Part shown: positions 13,201 through 28,200 of the stretch, in pieces | Numbering within the stretch: the first letter of the stretch is position 1 | Layout: each line of letters opens with the position of its first letter | DNA from: Glaucostegus cemiculus | Taxonomy: Eukaryota | Assembly (NCBI GenBank): GCA_976551045.1 | Contig: CDPCPM010000231.1 | Location: forward strand, 62,001-126,000 | Length of the DNA stretch: 64,000 nt | Reading direction: 5' to 3' | Notes under the pieces: model-generated | Told to the model about the DNA's origin: nothing | Databases searched by the model: none | What the model saw: the letters and a program-made list of their open reading frames with translations, nothing else | Translations under genes and position numbers: made by a program

Positions 13201-16200
13201 TTTCCAAGAACAGATGGAATGTGACCTAGAAGAATACTTGATGATATTCCCTTATTCTTACTGTCCTTGTCCACCTAGGTGGCTTGGGAGGTGCTGTGGA
13301 GGAATCTTGGGGAGTTGTAGATGGTACACTATGTGCCGATACTGGAGGGAGTGAATGTTGAAGGAGGTGAATGAGGCAGCTTTCAAACAGGCTGCTTTGT
13401 GATGGATGGTTTGAGTCTTTTTCAGTCAAGCAGCTGAATGCAAATGGAATATTATCCCTGTCTTGTAGATGTTAGAAAGGCTTCAGGGAGTCAAGTGGTG
13501 TCACTTGACTGCAGGATACCTGATGTCTGACCAACATCACTTAACTAACAGCGACAAAACAGCTGATCCAATTATTTAGCTCAGTGATGCTTGAAGGATC
13601 TTGCTTAGGGTATATTGACAGTTGCATTTCCTACTAAGCAACTACGTGTACTCTTTAAAAATTATTTGGAAAGTGCTTTAGTATACCCTGAAACCATAGC
13701 AGATACTAAAGTCATTTCTTTCCTTGCTTTTGAACAAATTGTTCTCCAAATAAATACAATAGGGAATAAATTTGGTATCCTAAAATTAAAATATCATTTT
13801 GGTAGCTATTGTCTTTAATTATTCATCACTATTGCAAACCAGCCACTGTAACCGTGGAGATATCGCATGTAGATGTTTCATTGTTAGAATAAGAAAAATG
13901 AGGCCATTGTATTTTGGAGTGAAATACATTGCTTGCTTTTTCAAGCAAGCAATCTCACTTCCTGAAATTTGTACTCTCATCATCTGGCTATGCATCTAAA
14001 GATCCTCTTATCTCTTTTCTAGTGTGGCGGTGCAATTCTTCATTCATCCACACTATGCCCAGAACTCTCTGATGATACATCTTAGCATAACACCATAGAG
14101 TCATAGAGTAATACAGCATGGAAACAGGCTCCTCAGCCCAACTGGTCCATGCTAACCACAGCTTCCCCTCTGCAACACCCAGTTGTCCCCATTTGGCCCA
14201 TAACACTCCAAGCCCCTCCTCTCCATGTAGCTTTCCAAATGCCTCTTAAATGTTGCTATTGTACCCTCCTCAATCACCTCCTCTGGCAGCTCATTCAGGT
14301 ACCCACCACCAAATAATCTTTTGTGTATCTTAAATCTCTCCCCTCTTTTCTTGTATCTGTGCCCTCTAGTTATAGACTCCCAACCCTGGGGAAAAGACTA
14401 TGATAATCCAGCTCATCCATAACCCTCATGATTTTGTAAACTTCTATGAGGTCACCCTTCAGTCTCTGACACCAATGCTTTCATTTTAAGCATCTGGGTT
14501 GTATTTTCCACATTACTGAAGTCCTTCAGTTCATTAATCCAGCTTGTCAATTCATCAAGGCACTCTTCTATTGCTCCCTGCTGTCAACACACTTTCTCTA
14601 AATGCCTCCTGAATTCCATAAACATATTCCAACCAGGGTAAGGTGTTCAGAAATTGCCTAGGGTCCCAATGTTACATAATATTTCATCATCTTTGATGAG
14701 CAAGGTTTTGTTTCATCATTGTGTATTCAAACTCTGTTAGGCGGGTTGCCTGCTGTTTTTCTTCCTCCCACCACTGTGTGCATGTTACATAGACAGAAAA
14801 TATAGCCAGTATCCATTATTCAGGAGAATTCATTAGATAGGAATGTGTTTGATATTAATAGTGTTCCTTTTGATAAGGAACATCCTCTCCTTTTTATTTT
14901 GCATAGAGCACTGGTTTGCGCTGAAGGACAATCCTACTGGAACAAGCTGCCTTCCACTATCTCACCAAAGTTTGAGATCTTTGTGTGGGCTCAGGTGGGG
15001 TGGGGGTGGCAGTCAGAGGGGTCTATCTGGTTTGCAGGGGGCAGTGTGGGGGGGTCGGAGTGAGTCTGGATAGGGTTTACACAGTGAATGGGAATAAGCA
15101 AGAACTGGTGGGAGGGTAGTCAACAAATGTGTACGTCCAGGCAGAGTTGGGGAGTGCTCGGTGTCCACGTAGGGGGGGTGGAATGTTGGGGAAGTGGTGA
15201 GTCTGGGCTGTGTGAGATGTTGTGTTTCTCCAGGCAAGGGTTTGGAGGGGATTATGTGAGTCTAGGAATGGTATGGGGGGTGGTGGGGGGAGATGGCAGG
15301 TAATGTATGAGTCCATACCTGGTAGGGGGTGTCCAGGTAGGTTGTGAGGGTTTTGCAGAAGGGAGAGGTGATAGAAATTTATAGATTATACAAGGCATAG
15401 ATAGAGTAGACAGGTGGTATCTTTTTCCCAGTGTCTAAATATCTAATACTAGAGGGCAGTCATTTAAGGTGAGAGGGGTTAAGTTCAAAGGAGATGTGCG
15501 GGGCAAGCTTTTTACACAGAAGGTGGTAGGTGCCTGGAATGCGCTGCCAGGGGTGGTAGTGGAGGCAATTATGATCGAGGTGTTAAAGAGGGTCTTAGAT
15601 AGGCACATGAATGTGCAGAGAATGGAGGGATATGGACACTGTGTCGGCAGAAGGGATTAGTTTAGTTAGTCATTTAATTACTATTTAATTAGCTCAGCAC
15701 AACATTGTGGGCTGACGGGTATGTTCCTGTACTGTTCTATGTTGAGAATAAAATTGACAACAACTCCAGCCTGTGTCCTCATCCAGCATGAGAAACTAGG
15801 TCCAGCAGTGAACCAAGTAGCTGTAGTTTGGCTATTATTGAACATAAAGTGGCCTTGGAATATGAAACGGCTGTGTGAAAATATCCTTCCACCAATGAAT
15901 ATTGGGATTCACTTCCTTCATTGATTAGGATTATAGATATACACAGATCATTTTTGGGTCCCCATGATAATGAAATATGCATAATCCAAGTTTGCAAAGG
16001 AAGAAGGTTAACTGAGTGGACAAAGCTATGGCAGATGCATTTCAATTCAGTTAAGTAACGGTATATCCACTTCTAATAAAGTAAAAATAAAACAGACTTT
16101 TTAAATTAGAGAGGTTCTATGAAGGAGTAAATAGATATTTGAATCCAGGTAAAACAGTCAATAATATCTGGTGCAAATATAAATGGTAATCAGAAGGGCT

Positions 16201-19200
16201 AATGATTTGTGGAATGGGGCTGGAATACATTGGAATCAAAGTTGTGCTTCAGTTGTGTAGAGTGCTTGTCATACCACATCTGGGGTGCAAACTGAAGAAT
16301 ACACTCCAGCCCTGTGAATACTGCATGGGGATTAGGAAGACAAATTGCCTAAACTTGGTTTCTCTCTGTAAGAGTTTAGGAAGTTGAAGGCTGATTTAAA
16401 ATTGCAAAATAATTTAGTAGTTATGTATAACTCTATGCAGTCGCTGTAATTATATGTTATACTAGTGGGTTACAGTGTGCAGTGCTATGTTGTACTGTCC
16501 AGATACAATGTGCAGTTGCTGTGGTAATGTGTTGTGCTGCCTGAACACAGGGTGCTGTTGCTGTGGTGTTTTCCAGCATCTACAGGTTTTTGCATTAATG
16601 CTGTGTTTATTTATTAGGTTGTCCAGTCACATTGTGCAGCTGTTGCGTTTTTTAATTTGGATGGCCAGGTCACAGTGTTCACTTGCTCTGATTGGATATT
16701 GGATTGCCCAGTTAAGTGTGTAGTTGCCTTGGCAGCACATTGGACTGCTTGGGCATTGTGTGTATTGCAGTTGCTGTGGATATATGTTGGATTGTGCAGG
16801 CAATGTGTTTTGATGCTGAGATTACATCATGGTTGCGGTGATCAGTCGCTATTGTTGAAAGTCGGATTGCCCAGACTAAGTGGTCAATTGCTGTGCCAGT
16901 ATATGGGACCATAAAAGCATAGTTATCAGTTGTCATGGTTACACATGGATTGCCTACACATAGTGTGGACCGGCTGTGGTTATATGAAGGGTTGCCTGGG
17001 TACAGTAGGAAGCTGTTGTGGTTATACATTGGACTGTGTGCAGTTGTGGTCCTGTGCCAGGTTGTCAAGGCACAGTACATGGTTTTTGCAGTGGAGTACA
17101 GCTACTGCAATTATGCATTGGATTGCCCAGACACATTGTGCTGTGCTCTTGTAAAACCTAGGGATGCCCAGGAACTGTGTGCGGTTCCCATGGTTATTAG
17201 CTGGATTGCCTGGGCAGAGTTTTCAATGGCTGTTAGATTGCTCTACGTAGTATGCAGCTGCTTTGGTTATACATCGGATTGCTGAAACACAGAGTCTGGT
17301 TACATTTTGGTGTCTGGGAAGAGTGTGCACATGATGGTTATGTTCAAGATTCTCTGGGCCCAGTCTGCACTTGTGCTGTTCAGATCTTGGATTCCCTGGA
17401 CGTTCGGTAGTTGCTGTTGTTGTCTTGGATTATCTTGGCAGTGTGCCATTTCTTCTGCTGTGGACATATGTTTGTCACCCAGTCATAGTCTGCTTTGACT
17501 ATGCTCAAATTTTCACACTGCACCACTCACGCCAATATTCTTGCTGATGTGATACCCATTGTCTCTGAGTCAACTGAGTAAATGTTCTCTTTTTATTTTT
17601 CAGCCGGAAGCTCAATGTGCGTACGTCCTTATAGTCACTGCCGTGTACTGGGTGTCTGAGGCAGTCCCACTTGGTGCAGCAGCAATGGTTCCTGCTTTCC
17701 TCTTTCCATTGTTTGGGGTCTTAAAGGCCAGTGAAGTAAGAAAAGATTCAATCCATATCTTATGTATTTATGTGTGTGCATGTTTATATCATTGTAGCAA
17801 CAATTACTTGTGAAAGCAAAGAGGTTTTGCACATACCAGGTGCAATAACAATTTTCCCAATGATTATCCCAGAATAGCATCTGAATTCCATATTGTGTTC
17901 CCAGCAATTAATGTGAATATTGTGTTACCCAAGTTCAAAAAATGAAATGATGCAGTGCCACACTGTGTCCTCAACAGTGATAATGGCAGGAACAACTGGG
18001 GCAACTGTGTCAGGTATGTGGGTAATATTGAAGTGATACCTTGGATTTGCTGTGGAATCAGAGACAACATTGACAGAGAACCCAATGAACAAGCTGCATG
18101 CAGAGGTTATGTGACATATTACACATGTTACAATGCAAAACAAGGTCTGTCAGGGAATAATACAGAGAGCATTGTGATGTACAGCAGACATTGCCATATT
18201 GAAAAGGGAAGTGTTGCTCAGAGAACATCGATGGCTCAACATTTTCATGTATCTAACGAGGAGTGAGATGTGTCAAAGGACATTAAGGTATTGGTATAAC
18301 AGATTTTTCCAGCTGAAACATTTCAAGAATTGTTAAAGTGAATGATGGTGCTATATTAGAAAGAGCCACAGTGAAGGGAATGAGATACATCACTGTTGTA
18401 GTATGCAGATGGATATGTTAGCAGTGTTTTTCAGATCATCATGCTAAGATAAGATATTTTTATTAGTCACATGTACCTGTACATCAAAACACACAGTGAA
18501 ATGCATCTTTTATGTTGAGTCTTCTGGGGGCAGCCCGCAAGTGTCGCCATGCTTTCAGTGCCAAAATAGCGAGCCCACAACTTCCTAACCCATAAGTCTT
18601 TGGAATGTAGGAGAAAACTGGAGCACACGGAGGAAACCCACGCAGACACAGGGAGAATGTACAAACTCGTTATAGACGGGCCAGAATTGAACCCAAGTCT
18701 CTGGCGCTGTAATAGCATCACACTAACTGCTACACTACTGTGCCTACTGAAGGAAGTGTCTTTTGGGGATCCAGCTGAGGTCAATTGAGAAGTGGTCTTC
18801 TTTTCTTCTATAAGTTTCTATGGTTCTCATATTACAGTGATGAACACAAGGTATTTAAGAAACTATTACCCTAGGGGATTTAGAATACATCAAGTAATTT
18901 TGAAAAGAGCACAGGAACAAAAGAAATGGACATGAAGTATAAAGATTGCTGAGAGTTGTCCAGTAACAATGGTGGAAAAGAGAAGTGAATTGTGTGTGAT
19001 TACTGATGATTCCCCAAAATTCTCCCTTCAAAGTGTAGCTAAGGCATGGTAACTGCAAATTATCGTTCAGCTTACATTTTGAATGTTACAGAACTTATTT
19101 TTAAATGGACATTGACGCGGTGGTAAAGGTTTGGACAAGAATGTTCAAAGATGATTATGACTCAATGTACCCAGAATAACAGAGAAATTTACAAACTGAA

Positions 19201-22200
19201 CTCTTTTCCAAACAGCCAGCAACTAAAATCATTATTTTCAGAGGAGAACTGACGCATGATTTTAAATGCTGATTCTTATGAATGGCAATGCTGATAGGAA
19301 TGGATATTTTCAAAAAGGCAAGGTTTCAGCATCTAGCAGTAGTGGAGGGAATTAATATAAAATTAATCATATTCTAGAATGACTAGAACTTCAAAGGAAA
19401 TTTCTGCCCAAAAGTGAAATTCAGATTAGGGATTGGATAAAATATTATAAAGTTACAGAGTGATCAAATTATTGTTCCTGATATTGGAAGTGATATTGAA
19501 AGCCTCAGGTTAAAAATCCAAGGTATGCTAGTTGTTTTGGGAGCATTAAAATGCTTGTAGGCCTTCTCTTTTGGAGACAGAATGCATGATGATGTGTGGA
19601 GACAATAGCATGAACCAGCCAAAATCTCCCCATTGCATTAATGATTCATTTCATATCCTCAAGATGATGTCAATAAGTTGTGTTCTCTATTTTGCATTCA
19701 CTTCATATTGGACAGCAAAGATAATATTCTATTCACATACTTATAGAGTTCCACAGCAAGAATGCTTTCTGGACATAGTGTACCTTAGCTGTAATCAGTT
19801 TGTATTGCTTTACATGACAGTCTTACACCACCTTGGCTCAGAAATTCAAGTGTGCTATAATGCACAAGATTGAATCATGATGGTAAGATTGTGAGTAAAT
19901 GCCTGGGCTAATGTAAAATGACCTGGAAATGTTAATTATCAAGTTTCACTCCAGTTAAAATTACCACTGAAAATTCACTACACTGCCATGATAGTGTGCA
20001 ATCGATGGGATGAAGAACCTGATCTGGTTATTTCTTTGTATTCGCTCATAGAAATGCATGCTGCTGTGTTAGGAATAGAGATGACAGGTCTCCATGAGTA
20101 GGGGCCTCATGTGTCTCAGCTTCCAACTTAACCAGTTTCAGAGCACTAGGTCTGTCAATTTTCTCACAATTTTCTCAAAAATCTTGGTTTTGTCATCCTG
20201 AAGGCTGCATCGCTCATGCATATTCCATGCATGCTTCCGATCCTGACCACAGTCTCAGCATTGCCACAGATTTGTGTGGCAGAATATCCAACACCAAAAA
20301 AGGATTTGCTTTACTTCCCGGTCAACCACATTCTATCTGTCACTGGTAAATCTGTACCAGGAGAAAGAGAGAATCTCTTGAACAACAGGAGAAGCATTCT
20401 CTAAAAGTTGCAAGGTTTGTCTGGAGGGTCTCTGCTGCAAGAGACTGGAGTTGTTTGATGCCTCATGGTGGATTCGTAGGTTCTGATCTTGAGCCTTATC
20501 ATAGTGCAGATATGGGTAATGGTGTCATGATTCTGAGTACTGGCCCTTGATTTGGTTCCTTAGATGCCATGTTGTACAGCACATGGATTCCATGCTGGAC
20601 TGATTGCAGAATGACACACACCTGAGCCCCATCAGGGGCCTAGCATAAGTACCTGGGTTTCTCTAGCACTAGTTGCCAGAGGATTGGTCAACTTTTGAAG
20701 ATTCAATTTGAGTTGGGATCACTACTCAGATCTCCAAGGCAAGATTTCCTTCCAGTGTTTGGTCCTGAGGAAGTATCCTGACTCCAGTCTTGTACCAGTG
20801 TGTGTTCTCTAGTCCTGCTTGAAAATTCAGTTTGTGTTGGGATTACTACTCAGATCTCCGAGGCAAGATTCCTTCCAGTGTTGCCTGAATCCAGTCCTGA
20901 GGAAGTATCCTAACTCCAGTCTTGTACCAGTGTCTGGCATTTGGGTTCTCTGTGAGCTTGCTCTTCAATGAACCTTGTGACAAATGGCTGTTTATAAATG
21001 GTTTCAGGACTATAACAAAGCATACTGTAAAAACTGTTCTTTTCAAAGCTTATGCCCTGAGGTCTGATGCTTTGTTCTTGTCAAGTAAGGATTGCATCCC
21101 CTTCAGATAAAAGGGATCTGTTCCTCTTGCCACCCACTTTTACTGTCTATCAGCTATTACATACTCTCTTCAAGCATTTTTAATATCTTGTGGAACTGTA
21201 AACACTTCTGTCACTGGGACAGTTGCACTAACGTTGTCGGATACCTCCAGACAACATCTGGGATCATTGTATAAAGACGAAAAGAACAATGAGGTTGATG
21301 TGTGGAGATAATGTTCAGAACATCTGGATCTCAGTCCACTAATTAACAGTCCAGTAGTTGAAAAAAAAACATGAATTCCTGCTCTTCTCACAACCTATAG
21401 TCAACATTCTTCCTGATTTCAGTGATTCTGTAATTATTGGTTAAATAAAAGAATAATTTCAGCATCATGCAACATTGCATCCAGTAACTGATAAGCTCCC
21501 ACTCTATGCAAGTATTGCTGACTCCAGTAACAGACAGTGTTATGTAATGGTACTTAGCTGCGTGGGTGTGCACACTATTTGATTTTTTTGCTCCAACATT
21601 CATTCCCTATGAAAATTGAGACTAATCTGGATCTGTCAGTTACTACTTCCAATAAGTACTGTGGCTCTATTATTAATTAAATGTTCACTTCTCACTCCAA
21701 CCGATTTAAATTGGTTCACTCATTTGTGCTTTGTGTGTTTGTGTAATGCAAGGATAAAGAAACAATTTGGTCTTTGTATATTAAGCAGCTCATGGACGTA
21801 GTGTTAGGAGTCTGTGTCAAAGTAGTCATAAATTTTGTCTTGGTAGGAGTGAGTTACAGATTGTGACATATTGAAAATTCCATACACTGAGCGCAACACT
21901 TAAGCACCTGTCTTTTAGAACCTGTCACTCCCAGCATACTTCTGCAACTTTCACTTTCTTCCATCTGCAAAATTATATTTGTAAAATATACAGTCATGTT
22001 TAAAGAACATAACTGATTTCCAGTTATTTGTTTAAATCAAGGTATAATGAGCCCAAGGATAAGTGTGGATTATGTTTAAAAGAGTGTGAGTTTTCCACCG
22101 GCTAATGCTCTGTGAGCAATTAATTTTGAAGTGTTAAGAATGCTTTTGATGTAAGTTGGTGTTAACCTACTATGCTTCAGATTCTTTGTTTCTGTTCAGA

Positions 22201-25200
22201 TAACTTGTGTAAAGGCTATAATTCATCAATAAATCCACCGCATTTTGCACAATCTGTGGAGCACCACTAGATTATGTGGTTCTGCTGAGACACGGTAATT
22301 TAGTCCAGTGTTCAGTGTCCACTGAGTGCAAATGTTATGTCGTGTGGACTTTGGTGAGTAAGGACAATGATGTAACCTTATACTTATTATATCAACAACT
22401 TAAATTCGGACAGGCTTGACAGGGCAGGTGATGTGCTGCAGCTGCGTGACGTGGGAGATGATCCATGGCAACTGTAACTGCAGTATGTGTCTGTAGCCCA
22501 ACGTGATGAACTGGAATCTGATACTCAAACATTGCAATAGGCAGGGGGTGGCTAATATTTAAATAATAGGTTTGAAACTTTCAACAAATATGTATTACTT
22601 TAAGGCACAAAAAAAACCCAAATGGGCATGGCTAACAAAATATGTTGAATTTAGTATTAGGTCAAGGGAAAAGGCTTATAATGTTGCTAAAATGATCAGT
22701 TAGTCTGAGAATTGGGAACATTTCAAGATTCATCAGAGGAGGAAAGAATAGTTGATAAGGAAGGGGGAAGTAGAATATGAGTGTAATTCTGAAAGAAACG
22801 TAAAACAGACAGTAAAGGACTGTAACTGCTTCTATAAAAACATAAAAAGAAAATGATTATCATATGTTACTGTGGGTGCTTACAGACCAAAAGAGCAGAA
22901 ATTATCTTTGGGAATGAGAAAATAGTGGAGAAATTCAAGTATTTTGTATACGTCTTCACAGAAGAAATCACAGAAAATCTCCTGGAAATAGTAGAGAAGA
23001 ATAGTCTGGAGTGAATGAGAGATTGGTATTAGAATATACAATAGCATTGGAGAAACTTAGGAGACTGAAAGGTTGAAGAGGTGACAATGGAGAAGCCAAG
23101 GACATGGAGATGGACTGTAATGTGGAGATCGTCCACCCTGGTAGAAAAATAGAAGTGCTGAGAGACTGAAAGATGGCGATGTTCAGAGAGACCTCTGTGC
23201 CCTTGTACGTGAATCAGGAAAAGCTAATGTGCAGGTACAGCAAGCAGTTCAGAAGGCAAATGTTATGCTGACCTTTGTTATAAGAGGATTTAAGTACAAG
23301 AGTAAATTTCATACAATTATACTGGTTCCTGATGAGATCGCATCTAGAATATTGTATACAGACCTGGTCGCCCTCTGTCTACCTGAGGAAGAATATTGAA
23401 TGGCGGAAGAGGGACAAAGGTCCAAATGGTCTACTCCTGCTTCCATTTCTTGGTTACTCCAGAGCTCTTTGTTGGCTAAAAAAATGACAAATTTGTTGGT
23501 TAAATACAAAAGAATAAGTGAACAATCAAATTGATGTGCTATAGAATTACACCAATAACAGGATTAAATGTTACTTATTGTGAAAGGAAAAAAAAAGTCA
23601 AATAAACAGTGTTGTAATGGCTGATCTTGCACAGCAGTCGTTCTGAAGAGCACAGTTCACTGCTTCTGCCCCTTTCCTAACTTCTATATTTACATATGAT
23701 TCCCATTCATTTAATTCCTATCCATTTCCACCCAAAATCATTACACCTTCATGATGATCCAATCCCCCTCTTTAACTGATAGCCACTTCTCTCTTCCCAT
23801 CTTAACAGCCTCCTTTTTTTTTCCCACTGTATTCAGTTGCCACTTGCTCTACAGCTTTTCCCTTTCCTGATAATCTAACACTTCTTGCCCTTCAGTGTCA
23901 TTCAGCGTCGGACACGGTGCCCAGTCTAACCCACCCCATGCCCTACTCTCTGCTCTTCTCCTTCTGCACTCACTTGCCTTCTCGTCTTACATCCGGATCT
24001 CCTTCCATTCTCTCTTCTTCCACAAGCTCTTCACCCTCCTTTCTCCTCTTACTTTGACATCCATTTGCCACTGCCCATTCCTACTTCTTGAGAGAGCCAG
24101 AGTTCCCATCTCCAATATTGCAAAGGCAACAGCCACAGCCATCAATGATGGGAACTGCAGCAAAAAGAATGGTGTTGCCTGTTCATTACATTTACTAAAT
24201 TACTTATGAGCTCTGTGTGTGTGGGGTGACGGTGGGAGGGGGTTCGGCTGAGGGGCTTTGATTGTGTGAATTGTGACATCAAAGCCCTGTCAGAGTGAAA
24301 TGCTGACAAGTGGTGTGGGCATGACCAGTCTGCCTCTACCCCAGCCTTAGACACATTCTTGCTTCGTCTGAGACATTAGGGTGTGAGAGGATGAGTCTTT
24401 AATAGCAACTATATTAACCTGTGTATCCAGCCCTACCTGTTAATGTGCCGCCTTCTGCTCTTGTTTTACAGCTTTCTAGTTTCTTTGACTTTTTAGTATT
24501 TGTTCCAGTTCATTGCCTGAAATTCCAGAGAAATGGGGATGAGGCAATCAGTGGTATCAGCAGGAGGGCAAGATGATGACTTGACTGAGTAATTTCCAGT
24601 CTGTTTTCTTAAGTTCCCAGATTGGTATTTTTGTTTCTTAGGGCGTCAAGAGCCCGACAGCATCTGCAGTGTGCAGCAAGGAGTGTAATCTACATTTTAA
24701 TTTGCAGCTGAATTCATAGAAATGCTAGTTAAGAATATTGCTGTTTTATGCTTGATCCCTGAGGAGTGTACTCTTACACAAAACCAATAATCAGACCCAG
24801 CTAGCTCTCCATATTTATTTCTCCATTATTCCTCAAGGTTTTCTCCTGGACTCAACTATAAATTGCCTGTAGTGCTTATATTCTCTGCCCAAGTATTTGT
24901 CATTCTTCTTGTTTGGTCAGTACAGAAATGCCTTGAATTCAGCAAGTGACTGTAGCTGCTGAACAGTTGGCTGATGAATGATCTGTTTCTGGGCTATTGC
25001 TGGGAAATTCAGTTGCTCCTGAGGTCCAAGGTACTGAGCTCTGCTGAACCAGCAATACGCAATGTAAAGCATTTCCTCTGTGTGCTCTTGTCAAGGTCTG
25101 AGGCATATCCTGGGGTTGGGTGTTGGAGGGAGGGGCAGGGAAGAGTGTGGTTGGTAACTGCAGAAATGCCCTAGGGATGTTGGAGGTAAATCGGGGATTG

Positions 25201-28200
25201 GGCTATGAAATAAGTAGGTCAGGTCAAGGATTGGTACAGGGCTTGGTGCAAGGGACAGCTGGGGGTAGAGGGGGCAGCAGTTGGTGGGCAGGTTGTGGTA
25301 TTTGGATAAGAGAGTACAATCAGTGGTTGGTGGAGTGGTTGATTCATGGGTGTGATCATCAGTTGGGGTCAGGGTTAGGTTGGGATATGTGATGGGGGCT
25401 GGGTATTCGTGGCTGAGGGTTCAATTGTCATTTGGGGATGGGCAGAGGAAAGAAAAAAACCCACTGGATCTGTGAGGTACAAAGCACTGCCGCTGCTGGG
25501 ACACTCAACTAAAGGAGAGTGCTGCAGAAGCCCAACGAGTCAACTGGAATCTGTGGAGAGGCAAATACTGAATTAGTTCAGAACTGGCCAGAGACTGAAG
25601 AGAGGGGGAAAAACACTTTTGCACACAAGGTTAAATGTGAGATTCTGTATGTTTAGTAATTTTGATTGAACTCACTTGTTGATTGAACCACAAACAAACT
25701 TGTCTTGCAGCACATGGTCTAAGTAAGTGTCACAGCTGCAATACTGAGACACTCCTTCAACAAAACACAGGACTCACTGATTTCTGATTCCTGCTTCCAA
25801 ATTTGTCTCCTCACAATTCATAAGTGTGCACAATGAAAGTGATCCCGTAACTTTTATACTACTTCACCATACAAGACATTTTTTTTGTGTTGTTGGCAGT
25901 TTCGCCAACGTAGTGTAATTTCCTGAACCCATGTCCACTATGAATCCATCGTTTCTCACTCTAGAAAAAAAAACATTTCTCTACATGCTTTGTATGAACT
26001 GAAGGACTCGTGCACCCTCCCAGCTGCTAGTGGAAGCAGCCTTAGTCTGAATTGCCATTTTTGTTCCTGTCCTTTCCCTTGTGCTGCTCCAGCCAAGGCT
26101 GATGCCACACCAATGTGTGCAAGGTTTGCTGCAGCTTCAGTGAATATTTTGTTTAATGGCTGCATCCTCTGACTCATTAAACCAATGGCAATGTCTTTCT
26201 CAATGTGATTCCTGTGCTGCTGGGCCCATGGAGGGCTCTGTTGAACACGTTAAGCTTCAGCAGACTACAGGCATGTTGCAGCCTGCAGAACCCAATCCAA
26301 ATTCTCCAACTTTAGGTAATTCACTCTTTCCTTCTGTTTGTAACAGAATCGACCACCTCTGCCTGTCATCTTTTTGGCTCAGATTAACTCTGTTGAGTAG
26401 CAGCTTAGCACATTAGCAGCCTGTGGCAATTCTTCGGGATGCAGAAAAGCCTTCACTTGAGCCTTAGCCCACCTCTGTGACATAGCTTTTCACAGCCAGT
26501 TGCTCTCAGATATGAGTTACTTCAGCTGAGCTACGTTAGTTGGAGCAGGGGTATTGGTAAAGACTTTTACCTGAACTAGATGTAGTCTTGGGCATCCACG
26601 AGCTGTCTGAAGCAGTGTACTTCATTTACCAAAAAAAATAGACTTACTTCTCTGTAAACACAGGCCTGCCTTTTCCAGTCTGCTCAATACTTCCTCCAGG
26701 TTCCACCAGTATTCATCCCTGGAGGCTCCCCTAACCAGGATATTGTGCAATATCAAGTATACAGGAGCCCTAGGAATGCAGCAACCACTCTATGGTTCTG
26801 TGAAAGACAAAAGCTGCAGACAAAACTCCATAGGGTGGTCAGGTATAGTGAACAAGCTCTGGTTGACGATCAAAACCCTCCTGGACTGCTCTACTAACAC
26901 TATCTGTTGACGTGCAGAACTCATATCTAACTTAGTGAACTGCTGCCCTCCAGTCAAAACTACAAGTATGTCTGTCATTCAGAGAATCAGATGCTGTTTC
27001 ATGGTCAAGGCTTGATTCACAGGTGGTTTGTAATCTGACGATTCAGAGTACTCCACTGTCACTTCAGTAACTCCCTTCAAAACCCATGCCGGCAGATCGT
27101 GAGGAGACAATCTCTGATTTGTAAGTTGAATGTAGAGTACTTGGGGAATGCAGCACTGTCAGAGGTGCCATCATTTGAAAAAGATGTTAAATTAAAATGC
27201 CAGCTCTCTTCTCAAGTGGACATGGAGGATCCCAAGGCACTTTTCAGGAAGAGCAGAGAATTCCCAATATTCGGGCCAACATTTATTCCTCAACGGCATC
27301 AGTAGGGGAAAAACATTGCTTGTTATGTGGAGAGAGGCTGCTCTGTTTCTTTACATTACAACAGTGCTCCACTTCTAAAGTGCTTCATTGGCTGTAAAGT
27401 GTGTTGGGTGACCTGAGGTAGTGAAGGGTGGCAAGTGATTTGGATATCTTTCATTCATTGTTTATTATTTGTTACATAACTAATATCATGTGTGTCAGGA
27501 TGAAGAGGCTATATGGGTGATATGATGTGCTAAATAACACTGTGGCTAACATATGATTACCTCAGACAGTAGAGCCTGGGCCTGGTTCCCTGGTCTGGGC
27601 TGAAACTGGAGCAGCAACAGTGGCATTATATTTAAACGTGGTGTCCATGTCAGGTTTTGCACCAGGACTGTCTCCCTGCACGTGTGGTAACAAGAGAGGG
27701 AACTGGGTGCATTTCCCCCTTGCAATTCTCCAGTCTTATAAGCTTGATGAAAAACACTATGATGCTGGAGGAACTCAGCAGGCCAGGCAGCATCTGTGGA
27801 GAATAGCAGGATGTTGACCATCTGGTTTTCTCCACAGATGCTGCCTTGCCTGCTGAGTTCCTCCAGCATCATAGTGTTTTTCATCTAGGTTCCAGCATCA
27901 GCAGTCCTTTGTTTCTCTAGTCTTGTCAACTTCTCCAATTGTGGAAGCACAAAAGGAGCAATCACTAATGCAAAGCTCTGACAGACTGTTAGCATGGGTG
28001 AAACTGTACTCCACTCCAAGGTCTAACCTTAAAATGAGTCTGGTAGCTAATGTGAGGGAAAACACAGCCTCAAGTTTATTTGAATTCTTATGTTTAAGAA
28101 TTAACACGTTCTTATGTTTATCAAGAGGGAAATGGTTAGCTGATGTTTTGGGTCAAGACCCTTCATCAGATTCAACCTGAAATGTCAACTCTTCATTTCC

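Noticed and set aside
14990-15360. G-rich tracts (also 25110-25445 and 39400-39425) as G-quadruplex elements
   Set aside because: Low-complexity or TE-associated sequence common in such genomes; nothing indicates function.
16475-17498. Cluster of Cys-rich ORFs, or a CRISPR-like periodic array
   Set aside because: Explained by a degenerate tandem repeat. There are no identical repeats with unique spacers, no cas genes, and the DNA is eukaryotic.
22455-22473. RFX X-box half-site (ccatggcaac) near a CRE half-site
   Set aside because: Short motifs expected by chance in 64 kb; no conservation data available.
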